The notes beneath the pieces were generated by a model. That model made no database searches, was not told the DNA's origin, and was given only the letters and a program-made list of their open reading frames with translations. A stretch of DNA of 63,207 nucleotides, counting the filler. It is 11 parts of 11 records of this genome, joined end to end, with 100 filler letters (N's around TTAATTAATTAA, not from the genome) between each part and the next. Parts side by side here need not be neighbours in the genome. Positions count along the whole stretch, not along the records: positions 1 to 7,197 come from SRR20825010_3824; positions 7,298 to 14,551 come from SRR20825010_3854; 9 more parts are not named here. One strand, given 5' to 3'. How positions within the stretch are numbered: the stretch's first letter is position 1; the number at the start of each line of letters is the position of its first letter. A program made the position numbers and the translations under genes. Below, piece after piece: positions 1 through 10,359 of this stretch.

Positions 1-20
1 CTGTTGCCTTCCCGCTCTAG

Positions 21-53
21 ATAATAATATTCACAATCATTCGCATTTGCAAT
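21..53. promoter_or_regulatory. Fur/iron-responsive operator-like AT-rich motif upstream of TBDR
   Basis: ATAATAATATTCACAATCATTCGCATTTGCAAT resembles the Fur box (GATAATGATAATCATTATC) and lies directly upstream of an iron-type TonB-dependent receptor. Confidence 0.5.
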
Positions 54-67
54 CTATTTGATAGGGA

Positions 68-2089
68 ATGAACATGCCTCAGTTACACTCGCAAGATACA
101 TCTCCCCGGTTCGGGGGGCTGTTCCGCTCCACCCTGCTTGCCGGTGTTGCTTTAACCGTTTTGCCTGTTGCTGCCTTTGCCCAAGACAACCAGACCGATG
201 CGTCCGAGAACGTGCTGCCGCCTGTGGAAGTCACCGCATCCGTACAGTCCGGCCCAAGTCTTCCGGGTGGTGTGGAAATTGATCAGGACGATCTGGACCG
301 TGCCAACCCGCAAACCATCAAAGATGTGTTTGCCAACGAGCCGTCCGTTCAGGTTGGTGGACCAACTGCAATTGCGCAAAAGGTTTATGTTCAGGGCATT
401 GAGAACACCAAACTCAATGTGCAGGTCGATGGCGGAAGGCAGGTTGATTCCACATACCACCATATCGGCACGGCGATCATTGATCCGGGCATGCTGAAAT
501 CAGTCGGCGTCGAGGCCGGGATTGCCCCGGCAGACGCAGGTCCGAACGCGCTTGGCGGTTCCATGTCATATGAAACCAAAGATGCCCGCGACATCCTTGA
601 CGAAAATGATCCGTTCGGTGGCTGGGCAAAAATCCAGTACAACAGCAACACGCAAGGTTTTACCGAATGGCTGACGCTTGCTGGTCAGCACGAAGGCTTT
701 GAAGCACTGGCCTATATTCAGAACAGCAATCAGGGCAACTATGAGGATGGTGCCGGCAACGAAGTCACCGGCACTGCTGATGGCAGCGAAAACGGTATGG
801 GAAAATTTGCCTTTACCGGAAATGATGGCGGTCGGTTTGAAGCATTTGCCAGCCACCTTGAAGATGAAGGTGTTCGTCCTGCCCGTCCGAACTTTGGCTC
901 CTTGACCAGTGGGGCTGCCCCCCAATGGATTTCATACAAGGATACCTCGGTTGGCGTCAGTTATGTTGACGAGCAACCATCAGACATGTTGGCACCGGAC
1001 CTTAGCCTGAATTACAGCAAGACCCATCTCGACGTTCCGGCGCTAAATGGCAACACCCATCTTGAAGCCGAAATTGAAACACTTAACGGTAAAGCCGCCA
1101 ATACCTTTGATATCGGCATGGGCGATATCACAACCGGTGTTGATTTCTATCACGATGAAGCAACCGGCGGCGGTGACACGGCCCGTCCAGGTGGTCTTGC
1201 AGGTCGGTTCACGGAAACATCAACGAATATCGGGCTGTTCACCCAAGCGCGTCTGTCGCTGACGGATCGTTGGCGTGTTTCGGTTGGCGGTCGTGGTGAC
1301 CAGCAATGGTTTGAAGGCATCGACGGATCGGATTTTAGCGAGTTCGGCCTTAGCGGCAACGCCAACACCGAATATGACCTGACGGATGACCTGATGGTTT
1401 ATGCCGGAATGGGCACATCATTTGGCGGTCTTCCGATCGGGGAGTCAGCAATTTATAACTATTCGGGCATGTGGGACTATACCGGCTTCAAGCCATCCCG
1501 GTCGCACAATTACAAAGGCGGCGCACGTTACGATATTGGTCAGTTATCCTTCGACGGAAGCCTGTTCTACAACAAGATCAATGGCTCCCACTCCTTGGAA
1601 TACGCGACCCGTAACACGACAAGCGAACTGGACACCCGCGGATATAATCTGTCGACAACCTGGAATTATGGTCCCGGCTTCGCGCGTGTTGCCTATAGCC
1701 ACACCGATGTTGAACAAAATGGCAATGTCCCAAGCAGCAACAACGCCTCCTATCAGGGTGTCCTGATCGGTGACATGGTTAATTTCGAAGTTGGACATCG
1801 TTTTGAAGAATTGGGCGCGCAAGTCGGTGCTAATTCCGAACTGGCTTTGTCCAACGATGATCCGGAAAAGAACGGCAACGAGAAGCTTGATACATATTTC
1901 GTCGCAAATATGTACGGCGAATGGACCCCGGAGGCCCTGTCACGTTCTGTGACCCTGCGCGTTGATGTTCTCAATATCTTTGACCGCGATTACGTCGCCC
2001 GCACAACTCCGGGCTATGACAGCAGCGCGATTGAACCCTATCACGAGCCAGGCCGGACCTTCCTTGTCTCAGCGAAGGTTTCATTCTGA
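68..2089 (+). CDS. TonB-dependent outer-membrane receptor (iron/siderophore/heme type)
   Basis: 673 aa; signal peptide, TonB-box-like VEVTA, plug domain, C-terminal 'PGRTFLVSAKVSF' ending in Phe. Confidence 0.95.
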   Translation: MNMPQLHSQDTSPRFGGLFRSTLLAGVALTVLPVAAFAQDNQTDASENVLPPVEVTASVQSGPSLPGGVEIDQDDLDRANPQTIKDVFANEPSVQVGGPTAIAQKVYVQGIENTKLNVQVDGGRQVDSTYHHIGTAIIDPGMLKSVGVEAGIAPADAGPNALGGSMSYETKDARDILDENDPFGGWAKIQYNSNTQGFTEWLTLAGQHEGFEALAYIQNSNQGNYEDGAGNEVTGTADGSENGMGKFAFTGNDGGRFEAFASHLEDEGVRPARPNFGSLTSGAAPQWISYKDTSVGVSYVDEQPSDMLAPDLSLNYSKTHLDVPALNGNTHLEAEIETLNGKAANTFDIGMGDITTGVDFYHDEATGGGDTARPGGLAGRFTETSTNIGLFTQARLSLTDRWRVSVGGRGDQQWFEGIDGSDFSEFGLSGNANTEYDLTDDLMVYAGMGTSFGGLPIGESAIYNYSGMWDYTGFKPSRSHNYKGGARYDIGQLSFDGSLFYNKINGSHSLEYATRNTTSELDTRGYNLSTTWNYGPGFARVAYSHTDVEQNGNVPSSNNASYQGVLIGDMVNFEVGHRFEELGAQVGANSELALSNDDPEKNGNEKLDTYFVANMYGEWTPEALSRSVTLRVDVLNIFDRDYVARTTPGYDSSAIEPYHEPGRTFLVSAKVSF

Positions 2090-2122
2090 TCAGGTTCCTG
2101 ATCACCAGACTTTCAATCCGTG

Positions 2123-2147
2123 ATGAGTGGCATTTTGTGCCGCTCAT
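2123..2147 (+). terminator. Stem-loop after TBDR gene
   Basis: ATGAGTGGCA-TTTTG-TGCCGCTCAT inverted repeat just downstream of the stop; weak U-tract. Confidence 0.5.
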
Positions 2148-2199
2148 TTCGGCGTTTTAGCCAAAACTGCCTGCCTAAACTACAACAGGATCAATCGAG

Positions 2200-3345
2200 A
2201 TGAAATTAAACCGTTTTCTGGGCTTCCTCGCCGCGACCGTCATGTGCGCCAGTGCGGCACAAGCTGGTGAAACCATCACACTTACCGATATTGCCGGGCG
2301 GGAAGTTACCCTTGAAGTTCCTGTCAAACATATGATTTTGGGCGAAGGGCGTTTCTTGCCATCGATCGGCATTCTTGATCCTGAAAATCCGGTGCGCTGG
2401 GTTGCAGGTATGATGGGCGAATTCAAATCGCTCGACCCGGCCTCGTTTGCGCAATATCGCGATAAATTCCCCGAAATTGATGATATCCCGCTGGTTGGCC
2501 GCCGAAACGAGGAAACATTTTCTGTCGAAAAGGCGATTACGGTTGAACCGGATGTTGCGATTTTCGGAATGTCGGGCGGCCATGGCCCGGGTTCCACCAG
2601 CCACGAGGTCCTGTCTGTTATGGGGGCAGCAGATATTCCGGTGGTGATGATCGATTTCCGGGCCAAACCGTTTGAAAACACGCCCAAAAGCATCCGCCTT
2701 CTTGGCAAGCTGATGGGTAAGGAAGAACAGGCGGAAGCCTTTGTGAAATTCTATGAGGAAAACCTTTCAAAGGTGACCTCACGCACCGCACAGATCATCG
2801 ACAAACCCAGTGTCTTCCTTGAAAGCCGCGTCGGCCTTGCTGAAAACTGCTGCGAAGCCATGGGCAACGAAATGATCGGCAAGTTCGTCACACTCGCCGG
2901 TGGCGAGAACATCTTTGCCGATACCATCCCCGGCATCATCAGTCAGGTATCCGTCGAACAGGTGATCGTCACCGACCCCGACATTTACATCACCACAGCC
3001 ATCGGATCAGCCGGGCTGGATGCGGAAACCAATGCAAGGCGCATTGTCCTTGGCGCAAACACCAGTGCCGATCAGGCACGTTCTTCTTTGGCTCACAGCA
3101 TGGAACGTACCGGTCTGCCGCTACTAACGGCGGTAAAGGACAAGCAGGTCTATTCCGTCTGGCATCACATTTATAACAATCCTATCAATGTCTTTGCCCT
3201 GCAGGCCATGGCCAAGTGGCTGCATCCTGACATCTATGCCGACCTCGAACCAGATGCCGAACTGGCAACATTTTTCGAACGGTTTCAGGCAGTCGACCTT
3301 GATGGTGTCTATTGGGTCGGTCTGAACGACGCACCGTCGCAATAA
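2200..3345 (+). CDS. Iron/cobalamin ABC transporter periplasmic substrate-binding protein
   Basis: Signal peptide, 'TLTDIAGREVTL' start of Peripla_BP_2 fold, 'AMAKWLHPD' C-terminal motif. Confidence 0.9.
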   Translation: MKLNRFLGFLAATVMCASAAQAGETITLTDIAGREVTLEVPVKHMILGEGRFLPSIGILDPENPVRWVAGMMGEFKSLDPASFAQYRDKFPEIDDIPLVGRRNEETFSVEKAITVEPDVAIFGMSGGHGPGSTSHEVLSVMGAADIPVVMIDFRAKPFENTPKSIRLLGKLMGKEEQAEAFVKFYEENLSKVTSRTAQIIDKPSVFLESRVGLAENCCEAMGNEMIGKFVTLAGGENIFADTIPGIISQVSVEQVIVTDPDIYITTAIGSAGLDAETNARRIVLGANTSADQARSSLAHSMERTGLPLLTAVKDKQVYSVWHHIYNNPINVFALQAMAKWLHPDIYADLEPDAELATFFERFQAVDLDGVYWVGLNDAPSQ

Positions 3346-3388
3346 ACCGTGCGCGACGCCATAAATGCAATCCAAGAGAGATCATAAG

Positions 3389-3685
3389 ATGTTTACCACC
3401 AAGGGATCGGTCAAAACCGACAAGGCTGCCAAGTATCTTGTCCAGCTCTGCAAGCATTTCGCCCACAAGGTCGAGGTTGATCTGGACGAAACCACCGGCA
3501 ATGTCGCCTTTCCGATGGGGCCATGCATCATCACCGCCCATGAAGATCGCCTGGCCTTTGCCGGGCAATCGCACAAGCGTGAGGGGATTGAAGCGATGAA
3601 GGGGGTTATTGTCGTCCACCTCGACAAATTCGCCTGGCGCGAAGCCCCGCTTGATTACCAATGGGAGGACGGCGAAGTGTCGTAA
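3389..3685 (+). CDS. DUF2218 family protein
   Basis: 'AAKYLVQLCKHFAHK' and 'HLDKFAWRE' family motifs; common in iron-uptake clusters; ATG at 3389 preferred over 3365. Confidence 0.85.
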   Translation: MFTTKGSVKTDKAAKYLVQLCKHFAHKVEVDLDETTGNVAFPMGPCIITAHEDRLAFAGQSHKREGIEAMKGVIVVHLDKFAWREAPLDYQWEDGEVS

Positions 3686-3755
3686 GAATTTTCAAAAATC
3701 GTGAATTGTTCAGTATTTCATTTCGACTAAAGTTGTAGCAACCTCGTCGTTTCGA

Positions 3756-4154
3756 TCACAAGGGGCTGCCAAGCAATCCAGCTGAATGCAGAGCAAGCAC
3801 TACATGCATTTGGCTGTTAGACGCCTTATGCGTTCCCACAACCTGATGCCATAACTCCTGTGGACTAGGAACCGAATGATTGCCTAATGCCATCAAGGTC
3901 ATTGCCGCTTGGCTAGCATACTGACCATTGAGTGAGATAGGAGCATCTGCCCACGGTAGAATACCCTTTATAAACCCACCAGAGCACAGACCAATGAAAG
4001 CAGCTTTAGGGCAGCTTTTCTCACGTGAACTTTTGCTTGAAGTGTGTGCGACGATGGCCTTTTCCCACGCGATTAGTGGGGGTAAGTTCTGATCATTTCG
4101 ACAAGCGCGCGCGGCATCTACAGCGGTCGCACCATAGACACTATCCATAACCAT
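3756..4154 (-). CDS. Hypothetical protein, DUF6979-like
   Basis: 'YGATAV', 'KSCPKAAFIGLC..G.IKGI' and 'NSQMHVVLAL' match my recollection of DUF6979; AAGGGGG RBS; lower GC than neighbours. Confidence 0.6.
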   Translation of the reverse strand: MVMDSVYGATAVDAARACRNDQNLPPLIAWEKAIVAHTSSKSSREKSCPKAAFIGLCSGGFIKGILPWADAPISLNGQYASQAAMTLMALGNHSVPSPQELWHQVVGTHKASNSQMHVVLALHSAGLLGSPL

Positions 4155-4231
4155 CCCCCTTACACTGCACTAAGGAAGGTTACACCTAAACTCTTAAATT
4201 ATACTAGTGGCCAGTAAGAGGTTTTGAAAAT

Positions 4232-5191
4232 TTAGCGCAGGTTATAAACCACCGGAATGGTCAGTGTGATGCTGTCTTCGGTCATGGTATCGGGGAATGG
4301 CGGGAACTTTTGTACCCGTTCAATCATCCGCTGGGTTTCACGATCAAGCAGTTTCGATCCGCTTGATGACAGCATCTTGAACACCTTGACCGTTCCGTCG
4401 CGTTCAATCACGACATAGATGCTGTTCTGACCTTCAATCCCGCGACGTTTGGCCCGGTCCGGGTATTCGCGGTAGCGATTAAGCATCTGCAGGACCGAGG
4501 ATTGATAATCAACCATTGCGGCCTTGCTCGCTGCACCACCGCCAGATCCGTTCGAGGCACTTGCCGCCTGACTTTTGGCGACTTCGCCAACCGTGCCTTC
4601 GGATTTGGTTGAATTCGTCAAACCGGTTGCCTGTGTGACCGGTTCTGGCGTCTTTTTGACGGCCTCGACAACTTCGGCAGTTTCAACCTGTTTCACCGGT
4701 GGTTTTGGCTTCATACGTACCGGAAGGACTTCGGCCAATTCCGCAACCACAACCGGTTCCGGCTCAGGCACAGGTTCGACAATTTCTTTGACGACCGGTT
4801 CGGGAACAGGTTCGGGTTCGACTTCGACGATCTCGGGTTCCGGCTCGACGACGGGTTCCGGCTCGGGCTCCGGTTCGGCGATTTCTTCTGGCTCAGGCTC
4901 GACAACCGGTTCCGGTTCAACGACCGGTTCTGGAACGGGTTCAGGATCAGGCTCGGTGACTTCTATCGGTTCTTCGGCGGCCTTGCTGTCGACTGAATCC
5001 GCACTTTGTTCATCAATCTCAGCTTCCCCGCTGAGCGCGCTTCCTGCACCAAGCGAGATACTGATACTTTGAACCGAACCTGCCCCGCCCCAACCCGAGG
5101 GTTGCGGTTCAGGCATGGCAAGAACAATGCCGCCGGTCAGGACAATACCCGTAAGGCCGGTAGCGATCAGGAGATCAAGACGCTTTGACAT
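4232..5191 (-). CDS. tonB: Energy transducer TonB
   Basis: N-terminal TM anchor, long Glu-Pro repeat linker, C-terminal '[12 protein letters not shown]...SSG..LLD' TonB_C domain. Confidence 0.93.
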   Translation of the reverse strand: MSKRLDLLIATGLTGIVLTGGIVLAMPEPQPSGWGGAGSVQSISISLGAGSALSGEAEIDEQSADSVDSKAAEEPIEVTEPDPEPVPEPVVEPEPVVEPEPEEIAEPEPEPEPVVEPEPEIVEVEPEPVPEPVVKEIVEPVPEPEPVVVAELAEVLPVRMKPKPPVKQVETAEVVEAVKKTPEPVTQATGLTNSTKSEGTVGEVAKSQAASASNGSGGGAASKAAMVDYQSSVLQMLNRYREYPDRAKRRGIEGQNSIYVVIERDGTVKVFKMLSSSGSKLLDRETQRMIERVQKFPPFPDTMTEDSITLTIPVVYNLR

Positions 5192-5192
5192 A

Positions 5193-5606
5193 TTATTGCG
5201 GTCCCTGCCCCGGTTCCATCGCCGTCATCAACTGGACCTTATCCACACCGAGTTCCTGTAAACGTTTCAGCACGGCGACGACTTTGGCCCCCTCGGTTGC
5301 GCGGTCAGCGCGGATTTCGACAGGGCGACCGATATAGTCTTCGGGCAACATCGAAGACAGTCTTTCAAGCCCGCCCTTCTGATCATTAATCCCGATCTCG
5401 GCCCCTTGGCTGAGCCACAAGACAATTGTGTTTTCCGGGTCTGCTGCGGCGGTCTGACTTGCAGGCGGGTTGACTTCAAAAGGACCTAGCTTTTGCAGGC
5501 TGCCGGCAATCATGAAAAAGATCAAAAGCAGGAAGACAATATTGATCAGAGGCAGCATTGGCTCCTGAACCGGTCCGTCTTCGGAAATGACAATGCGACG
5601 CTTCAT
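5193..5606 (-). CDS. exbD: ExbD/TolR family protein
   Basis: '[14 protein letters not shown]' TM motif (Asn in place of the usual Asp), 'IRAD' motif. Confidence 0.9.
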   Translation of the reverse strand: MKRRIVISEDGPVQEPMLPLINIVFLLLIFFMIAGSLQKLGPFEVNPPASQTAAADPENTIVLWLSQGAEIGINDQKGGLERLSSMLPEDYIGRPVEIRADRATEGAKVVAVLKRLQELGVDKVQLMTAMEPGQGPQ

Positions 5607-5992
5607 TCAACGAACTCCACATCGGTCACATCACCACGCCCCAACGCATCCATCACATCAATCAGATGTTGCAGGTTGGCACCATTGACCGGGCGCAAGC
5701 GAACCGGTGATCCATCATGATCGCGCTTTATGGCCGGAACCAAGCCGGATAGTGACACAGCTTCGCTGTTGATCGACAATCCACCATTGGCATCGACATT
5801 GATCGTGATCGGGCGGACATCGCTTTGAGCGGTTGATTTGCCATCGGTAATGCTGACCGACATCTCAAAGCCTTTCCAATCGAGAAAGCTTGATGCCAGC
5901 ATGAAGAAAATCAGCAGAATGAAAACAACATCAATCAGCGGGGTCAGACCGATCATCGGTGTTGAACCGCGATTACGTTCGCGCAATTGCAT
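5603..5992 (-). CDS. exbD: ExbD/TolR family protein
   Basis: 'LTPLIDVVFILLIFFM' motif; overlaps the next exbD by 4 nt. Confidence 0.92.
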   Translation of the reverse strand: MQLRERNRGSTPMIGLTPLIDVVFILLIFFMLASSFLDWKGFEMSVSITDGKSTAQSDVRPITINVDANGGLSINSEAVSLSGLVPAIKRDHDGSPVRLRPVNGANLQHLIDVMDALGRGDVTDVEFVE

Positions 5993-6017
5993 AAGGCATA
6001 TTCCGGCGGATGGGTTT

Positions 6018-6893
6018 CTATTCGGCAGCGTGACGCAGTTCAGCGACGTTGGATGCCCCTAAATCAGCCCTGTGGGACAGTTCCACACGGTTGACCACCA
6101 TGGTGCAAACATCTTCCATAACGGCTGCTGCACGGCTGATAACGCCCTGCATCCACATATGGAACGCAGTTGCCGGGATCGCGACGACCAAACCAATCGC
6201 CGTGGTCAGCAGTGCCAGCCAGATTCCGCCCGACAATACCGACGGATCAATACGGCTTCCGGCACCTTCCATTTTCTGGAAGGCTTCGATCATACCCATG
6301 ACCGTGCCAAGCAATCCCAGAAGCGGGCTTAGCACGGCAATCGCCGACATAATGCGAAGTCCGCCATTCAGTCCGTCAATTTCTTTGCGCGCACGTGCGG
6401 CAATCAGGTCCGATGCGGCTTCGCGTTGATCGGCAGATGTCACTGACAGCGACATCCCCGAAAGACCGATACGGGCCGCCGGATGACGGCGACGCGACAT
6501 CACATCAGCAGCCTTTGCTTCATTGCCTGCTGACAGATGGCGTTCTACATCTTTGACAAATCCGTCAGCAAAAACGCCACGGCGCAGGAAGCCGACCAGT
6601 TTATAGAAGAACAGAATCAACCCGATCAGGGCCATGGCCGCCAGAACCCAGCCGACAATACCGGCACGGTCGACCTGTTCAAGAACAGGCAGCCCGCCAA
6701 GCGCATCGCCAAAGGAGCTGGTCTGGGTCATTGCGACGGTATCCATCGGAAGACCGGTATCTGGATCAACCATGATCGTCCCGTCCGCAGACAGGGTCCC
6801 TGTCGCAGATGCATCAGGTGCAGTTGCGCCATCGGATGGGATCAGGCTTTGCGCATCGTCCGATGCGGCCAACGGATTTACAGGTTCAGGCAT
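6018..6893 (-). CDS. exbB: MotA/TolQ/ExbB proton channel protein
   Basis: 'SPLLGLLGTVMGMI' and 'GGIWLALLTTAIGLVVAIP' signature helices. Confidence 0.93.
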   Translation of the reverse strand: MPEPVNPLAASDDAQSLIPSDGATAPDASATGTLSADGTIMVDPDTGLPMDTVAMTQTSSFGDALGGLPVLEQVDRAGIVGWVLAAMALIGLILFFYKLVGFLRRGVFADGFVKDVERHLSAGNEAKAADVMSRRRHPAARIGLSGMSLSVTSADQREAASDLIAARARKEIDGLNGGLRIMSAIAVLSPLLGLLGTVMGMIEAFQKMEGAGSRIDPSVLSGGIWLALLTTAIGLVVAIPATAFHMWMQGVISRAAAVMEDVCTMVVNRVELSHRADLGASNVAELRHAAE

Positions 6894-6944
6894 TTAACTT
6901 TCCGATCAAACAGACGATCCGCACCGGACGTCCTGCTCCGATGC

Positions 6945-6998
6945 ATTTGAAACTGATTTGCATTCCTTACAACAAATAGAATTGCGATGCAATCGCAA
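6945..6998. promoter_or_regulatory. Iron-regulator operator-like sites upstream of exbB operon
   Basis: Fur-like AATGCAAATCAGTTTCAAAT (minus strand, 6945-6964) and palindrome TTGCGAT-GCA-ATCGCAA (6982-6998). Confidence 0.5.
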
Positions 6999-7146
6999 GT
7001 GCGAAATGACACAGCTTTTTCGTGCATGCCTGTCCCGCTTTGCGCGGGATGCCGATGTATCATCTGAACAAGGTTTTGGGATAAGGGCTTTGCGCCGGAT
7101 CACGGATCGAAAGACAGGTGAAACGACGTTGCAAAAGCCGGATATG

Positions 7147-7182
7147 CAAAACCCCCGAAACATTTAAGTTCCAGGGGTTTTG
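7147..7182 (-). terminator. Intrinsic terminator downstream of tRNA
   Basis: CAAAACCCC...GGGGTTTTG inverted repeat immediately after the CCA end. Confidence 0.6.
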
Positions 7183-7185
7183 AAA

Positions 7186-7197
7186 TGGTGAGCCCGA
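7186..7197 (-). tRNA. 3' end of a tRNA gene (truncated by contig end; identity uncertain, possibly Lys)
   Basis: Minus strand reads ...TCGGGCTCACCA (acceptor 3' strand, discriminator A, CCA) followed by a terminator; only 12 nt visible. Confidence 0.55.
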
Positions 7198-7297
7198 NNN
7201 NNNNNNNNNNNNNNNNNNNNNNNNNNNNNNNNNNNNNNNNNTTAATTAATTAANNNNNNNNNNNNNNNNNNNNNNNNNNNNNNNNNNNNNNNNNNNN
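7198..7297. other. Artificial contig spacer (first of 10)
   Basis: 44 N + TTAATTAATTAA (stops in all six frames) + 44 N; repeated at 14552, 21265, 26286, 33200, 38166, 42762, 49092, 53566, 57271. Confidence 0.99.
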
Positions 7298-8911
7298 GGT
7301 GCGCAGCGCCCCCTGCATCAAACGCGTCAGCATGTAGCCTGCCGCGAATACAGCGATCACCACAATGATCGACGTCGGCGAGATCCGCGTATCCCCAAGC
7401 GCGATACCTTCCTGCGCCCGGTCCCAGATCTCTGTCAGATCGGCTTCCCGCGCGCCCCAGATCAGCGCCAGCATCGGCAGCGCAACCAACGACAGGATGA
7501 ACCCCGCCAGAACCGGCAACAGGCTGTTGGTACTATCGGGATGCCGGCCTGTCGCCAACTCGTAGAGGTTGTTGATGAAGCGTTGCAGCACCATGACAAG
7601 GCCGACCAGCGCCAGCGTCGCAACGGCGGGATAGACCAGCGCCTCGCCGACCCTGAAATAGCCAATCGCGGCCATGATCGGCCCGATAACGCCCACAACC
7701 TGAATGATCCGACCCAACAGTTTGGCAAAACGCAGGCGGAAATCTCCGGACGCTTCTTCCAGCGCGGCGGCAGAGCCCACAATCGGCGCGTCATTGCGCA
7801 ACCGGCCTAGCCGCACCAGCAGCAAGCCCGACAACAGCAGCACCGGGAATTGCACCACAGCGGCAGTTGCGGCCGGATAGCCGTCAAATGCGATCAGAGT
7901 GGCTATGAAATCTTCCAGCACATACAAAAACGACAAGGCGTTCGCCAGTCGACGCGCCTTGGGCCGCTCGTCGGCGTGCAGCGGCAGGGCCGCCACCTCG
8001 TCGTCGTTGTTGAACGCCTGATCCGCCAGCCAGCGAATGCCGAACATCAGCGCCGCCCAGAACGGCAGCTTGCCCAGCAGCACGTTCCATTCGTCGACGG
8101 CAAAACCGGTCGCGTTCAACGCCTGCAGCAGTGCGACAATGCCCAGATAGGGCAACAGGATCTGCCCCAGCGACACCAGAAAGCGAAACACTCCGGTCCC
8201 TCGCCGCGTGCCGCTGCGCAACTTGTCGACGGCGGTACGGGCCCAGATCGATCCACGCGCGATCAACATGATGCCGACGATCAGATACAACAGGACCGTC
8301 GGCGCATTTTGCAGCGCTGCCTTCCGGGCCGATGACGATCCGACGTTTGCGGTGATTTCCCGCCAGAGCGACACAAACGTGGTTTGCAGGTTCTGCACCG
8401 CGCCGGGCCAGTGGATCGGGTTCAGGGGCGATGGCCCGAACTCCAGCAGCGCGTCGGCCTGACGTTCCCGGATGATCCGGTCAATCTCGCCGACGATGGC
8501 ATTGGCGCGCGAATAGGCCGCCTCGGCCCGCAGCACCGGCGCACGCTGATCCGCCAGCTGCGTGCTCAGCAACGAGCGCTGTTCCTTGATTTCAGCGGAC
8601 TCTGTGCCGTCTTCCGGTTCCGGGCCCAAGGCCTTGATCTGCGCCTCAAGCGTCTGGATACGCGAGGCATTGACGTTCTGCGCGGCCTGAAACTGCTCAC
8701 GCCACGTGGCGACCTGGGCGCGCAGCGTTTCCAGCCGCTCGTCCGAGGCACGTTCGGCGTCGACCATGGATTCGGCGCGCGTCGCGATGGTTTCCCACGA
8801 CGTATAGTCCGGCAAAGTCGATTGTTGCGCCCAAACCGTCGAGGCCCAGAGAAACAGAACAATCAGAAGGGCGGCGACGGGACGCAGAGCGGTACGGAAA
8901 AACAGGGTCAT
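7298..8911 (-). CDS. DUF3772/MscS-family mechanosensitive channel (3' truncated)
   Basis: Signal peptide, coiled-coil periplasmic region with 'LGPEP' and 'GPSPLNP' motifs, then many TM helices; follows cysK as in Rhodobacteraceae. Confidence 0.85.
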
Positions 8912-9942
8912 GCGTCCTCGAATACGCCGGGAATGCTGGATGGGCCGCGCGTCATCCAGGGCGGCGTCGGCAGCCCCTTGTCACGCAGGAAATCCGGGTT
9001 GAACAGCTTGGACTGATACCGCGTGCCGTAATCGCACAGCACCGTGACGATGGTGTGCCCCGGCCCCATCTCGCGCGCCATGTGGATGGCCCCCGCGACG
9101 TTGATGCCGGTCGATCCGCCCATGCACAGCCCCTCTTCGGACAGCAGGTCAAACACGATCGGCAGCGCCTCTTCGTCGCTGACCTGCGTCAGGAAATCGG
9201 GTTTGAAGCCCTCAAGGTTGGCGGTGATCCGCCCCTGCCCGATCCCCTCAGAGATCGAACTGCCCTCGGGTTTGGCCTCACCTTCGGTGTACAACGTGTA
9301 GATCCCCGACCCCATCGGATCGACGATGCCACACTTCACACCCTTGGGCTGCAACGCCATCCCGACGCCCGCCGCCGTGCCGCCGGAACCGACCGCACAG
9401 AGGAACCCGTCCACCTTGCCGCCGGTCTGCTCCCAGATCTCGGGGCCGGTGGTTTCGATATGCGCCTGACGGTTGGCCACATTGTCGAACTGGTTCGCCC
9501 AGATCGCGCCATGCGGCTCCGTCTTGGCCAGTTCTGCGGCCAGACGGCCCGAATAGCGCACATAGTTGTTGGGGTTCTTGTAGGGCGCCGCCGGCACCAG
9601 CACCAATTCGGCACCGGCCAGCCGCAGCATGTCCTTCTTTTCCTGACTCTGCGTCTCGGGCATGACGATCACGGTCTTGAACCCCATCGACGCGCCGACC
9701 AGCGCAAGGCCAATGCCGGTATTGCCTGCGGTGCCTTCGACAATCGTACCGCCCGGCTCCAGCTGACCTTTGGCGATAGCATCCTTGATGATGTACAGCG
9801 CCGCACGATCCTTGACCGACTGGCCGGGGTTCATGAACTCTGCCTTGCCCCAGATCTCACAGCCGGTCAGTTCCGACGCCTTGCGAAGCTTGATCAGCGG
9901 CGTCTGCCCGACGGCCTGTGCGAGGTCCTGCGAATTGCGCAT
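8908..9942 (-). CDS. cysK: Cysteine synthase
   Basis: PLP-lysine motif 'NPGQSVKDR', 'EGTAGNTG', 'GSGGT'. Confidence 0.95.
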   Translation of the reverse strand: MRNSQDLAQAVGQTPLIKLRKASELTGCEIWGKAEFMNPGQSVKDRAALYIIKDAIAKGQLEPGGTIVEGTAGNTGIGLALVGASMGFKTVIVMPETQSQEKKDMLRLAGAELVLVPAAPYKNPNNYVRYSGRLAAELAKTEPHGAIWANQFDNVANRQAHIETTGPEIWEQTGGKVDGFLCAVGSGGTAAGVGMALQPKGVKCGIVDPMGSGIYTLYTEGEAKPEGSSISEGIGQGRITANLEGFKPDFLTQVSDEEALPIVFDLLSEEGLCMGGSTGINVAGAIHMAREMGPGHTIVTVLCDYGTRYQSKLFNPDFLRDKGLPTPPWMTRGPSSIPGVFEDA

Positions 9943-9972
9943 GACATGTCCTTTCGATCCCGGTTGCCCTTG

Positions 9973-10001
9973 GTTTAGGGCCCGTGTGGGGGGAACTCAA
10001 G
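9973..10001 (-). promoter_or_regulatory. Putative RpoH-type promoter of cysK
   Basis: Minus strand CTTG-N18-CCTAAAC resembles the alphaproteobacterial RpoH consensus; inference only. Confidence 0.3.
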
Positions 10002-10359
10002 CCGCCGAAGCTGTGGCCCGGCGCGGTCCATGCCCCCACAGCGGCTTGGCGTTTCAGATCGTGTCACCTGTTGTCGTTTCATATGATTTCAACCGCATGG
10101 CCTAAAAATTAATGGTCCATTCGCCCCGACCCCGTGCGCACCCACTGCTGACACGCGCGGGTCACGGCCAGATTCCCGCATGTTTTTCTCGCACTAGCCC
10201 GCCGCCCTGCCCGCGGATCGCTCTAGGTCAGGACACTCAGGGCCAACCGCGGAACTCCGCATCAACCCCCCTTGAACGGGGGGCAAAACCATCGCTAAAT
10301 GCTTGGATAGCTGCACATTCCCGAACCGTCGGAACATTTATTTTTGACACCGCATTCAG

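Noticed and set aside
4575-5072. Gly/Ser/Thr-repeat ORF on the plus strand and the underlying tandem repeats
   Set aside because: Antisense shadow of the TonB Glu-Pro linker; the repeats are coding, with no spacers.
9055-9978. Long antisense ORFs (also 11987-13141, 13138-14607, 17354-18805, 19939-21180, 33853-35034, 45460-46599, 55747-56844)
   Set aside because: Opposite-strand shadows of clear genes in high-GC DNA, with no family motifs.
9985-10048. Alternative hairpins upstream of cysK (CAAGCCGC/GCGGCTTG; TGTGGGGG/CCCCCACA) as a riboswitch
   Set aside because: They overlap or lie upstream of the putative cysK promoter and match no riboswitch I recognise; plausible by chance in GC-rich DNA.
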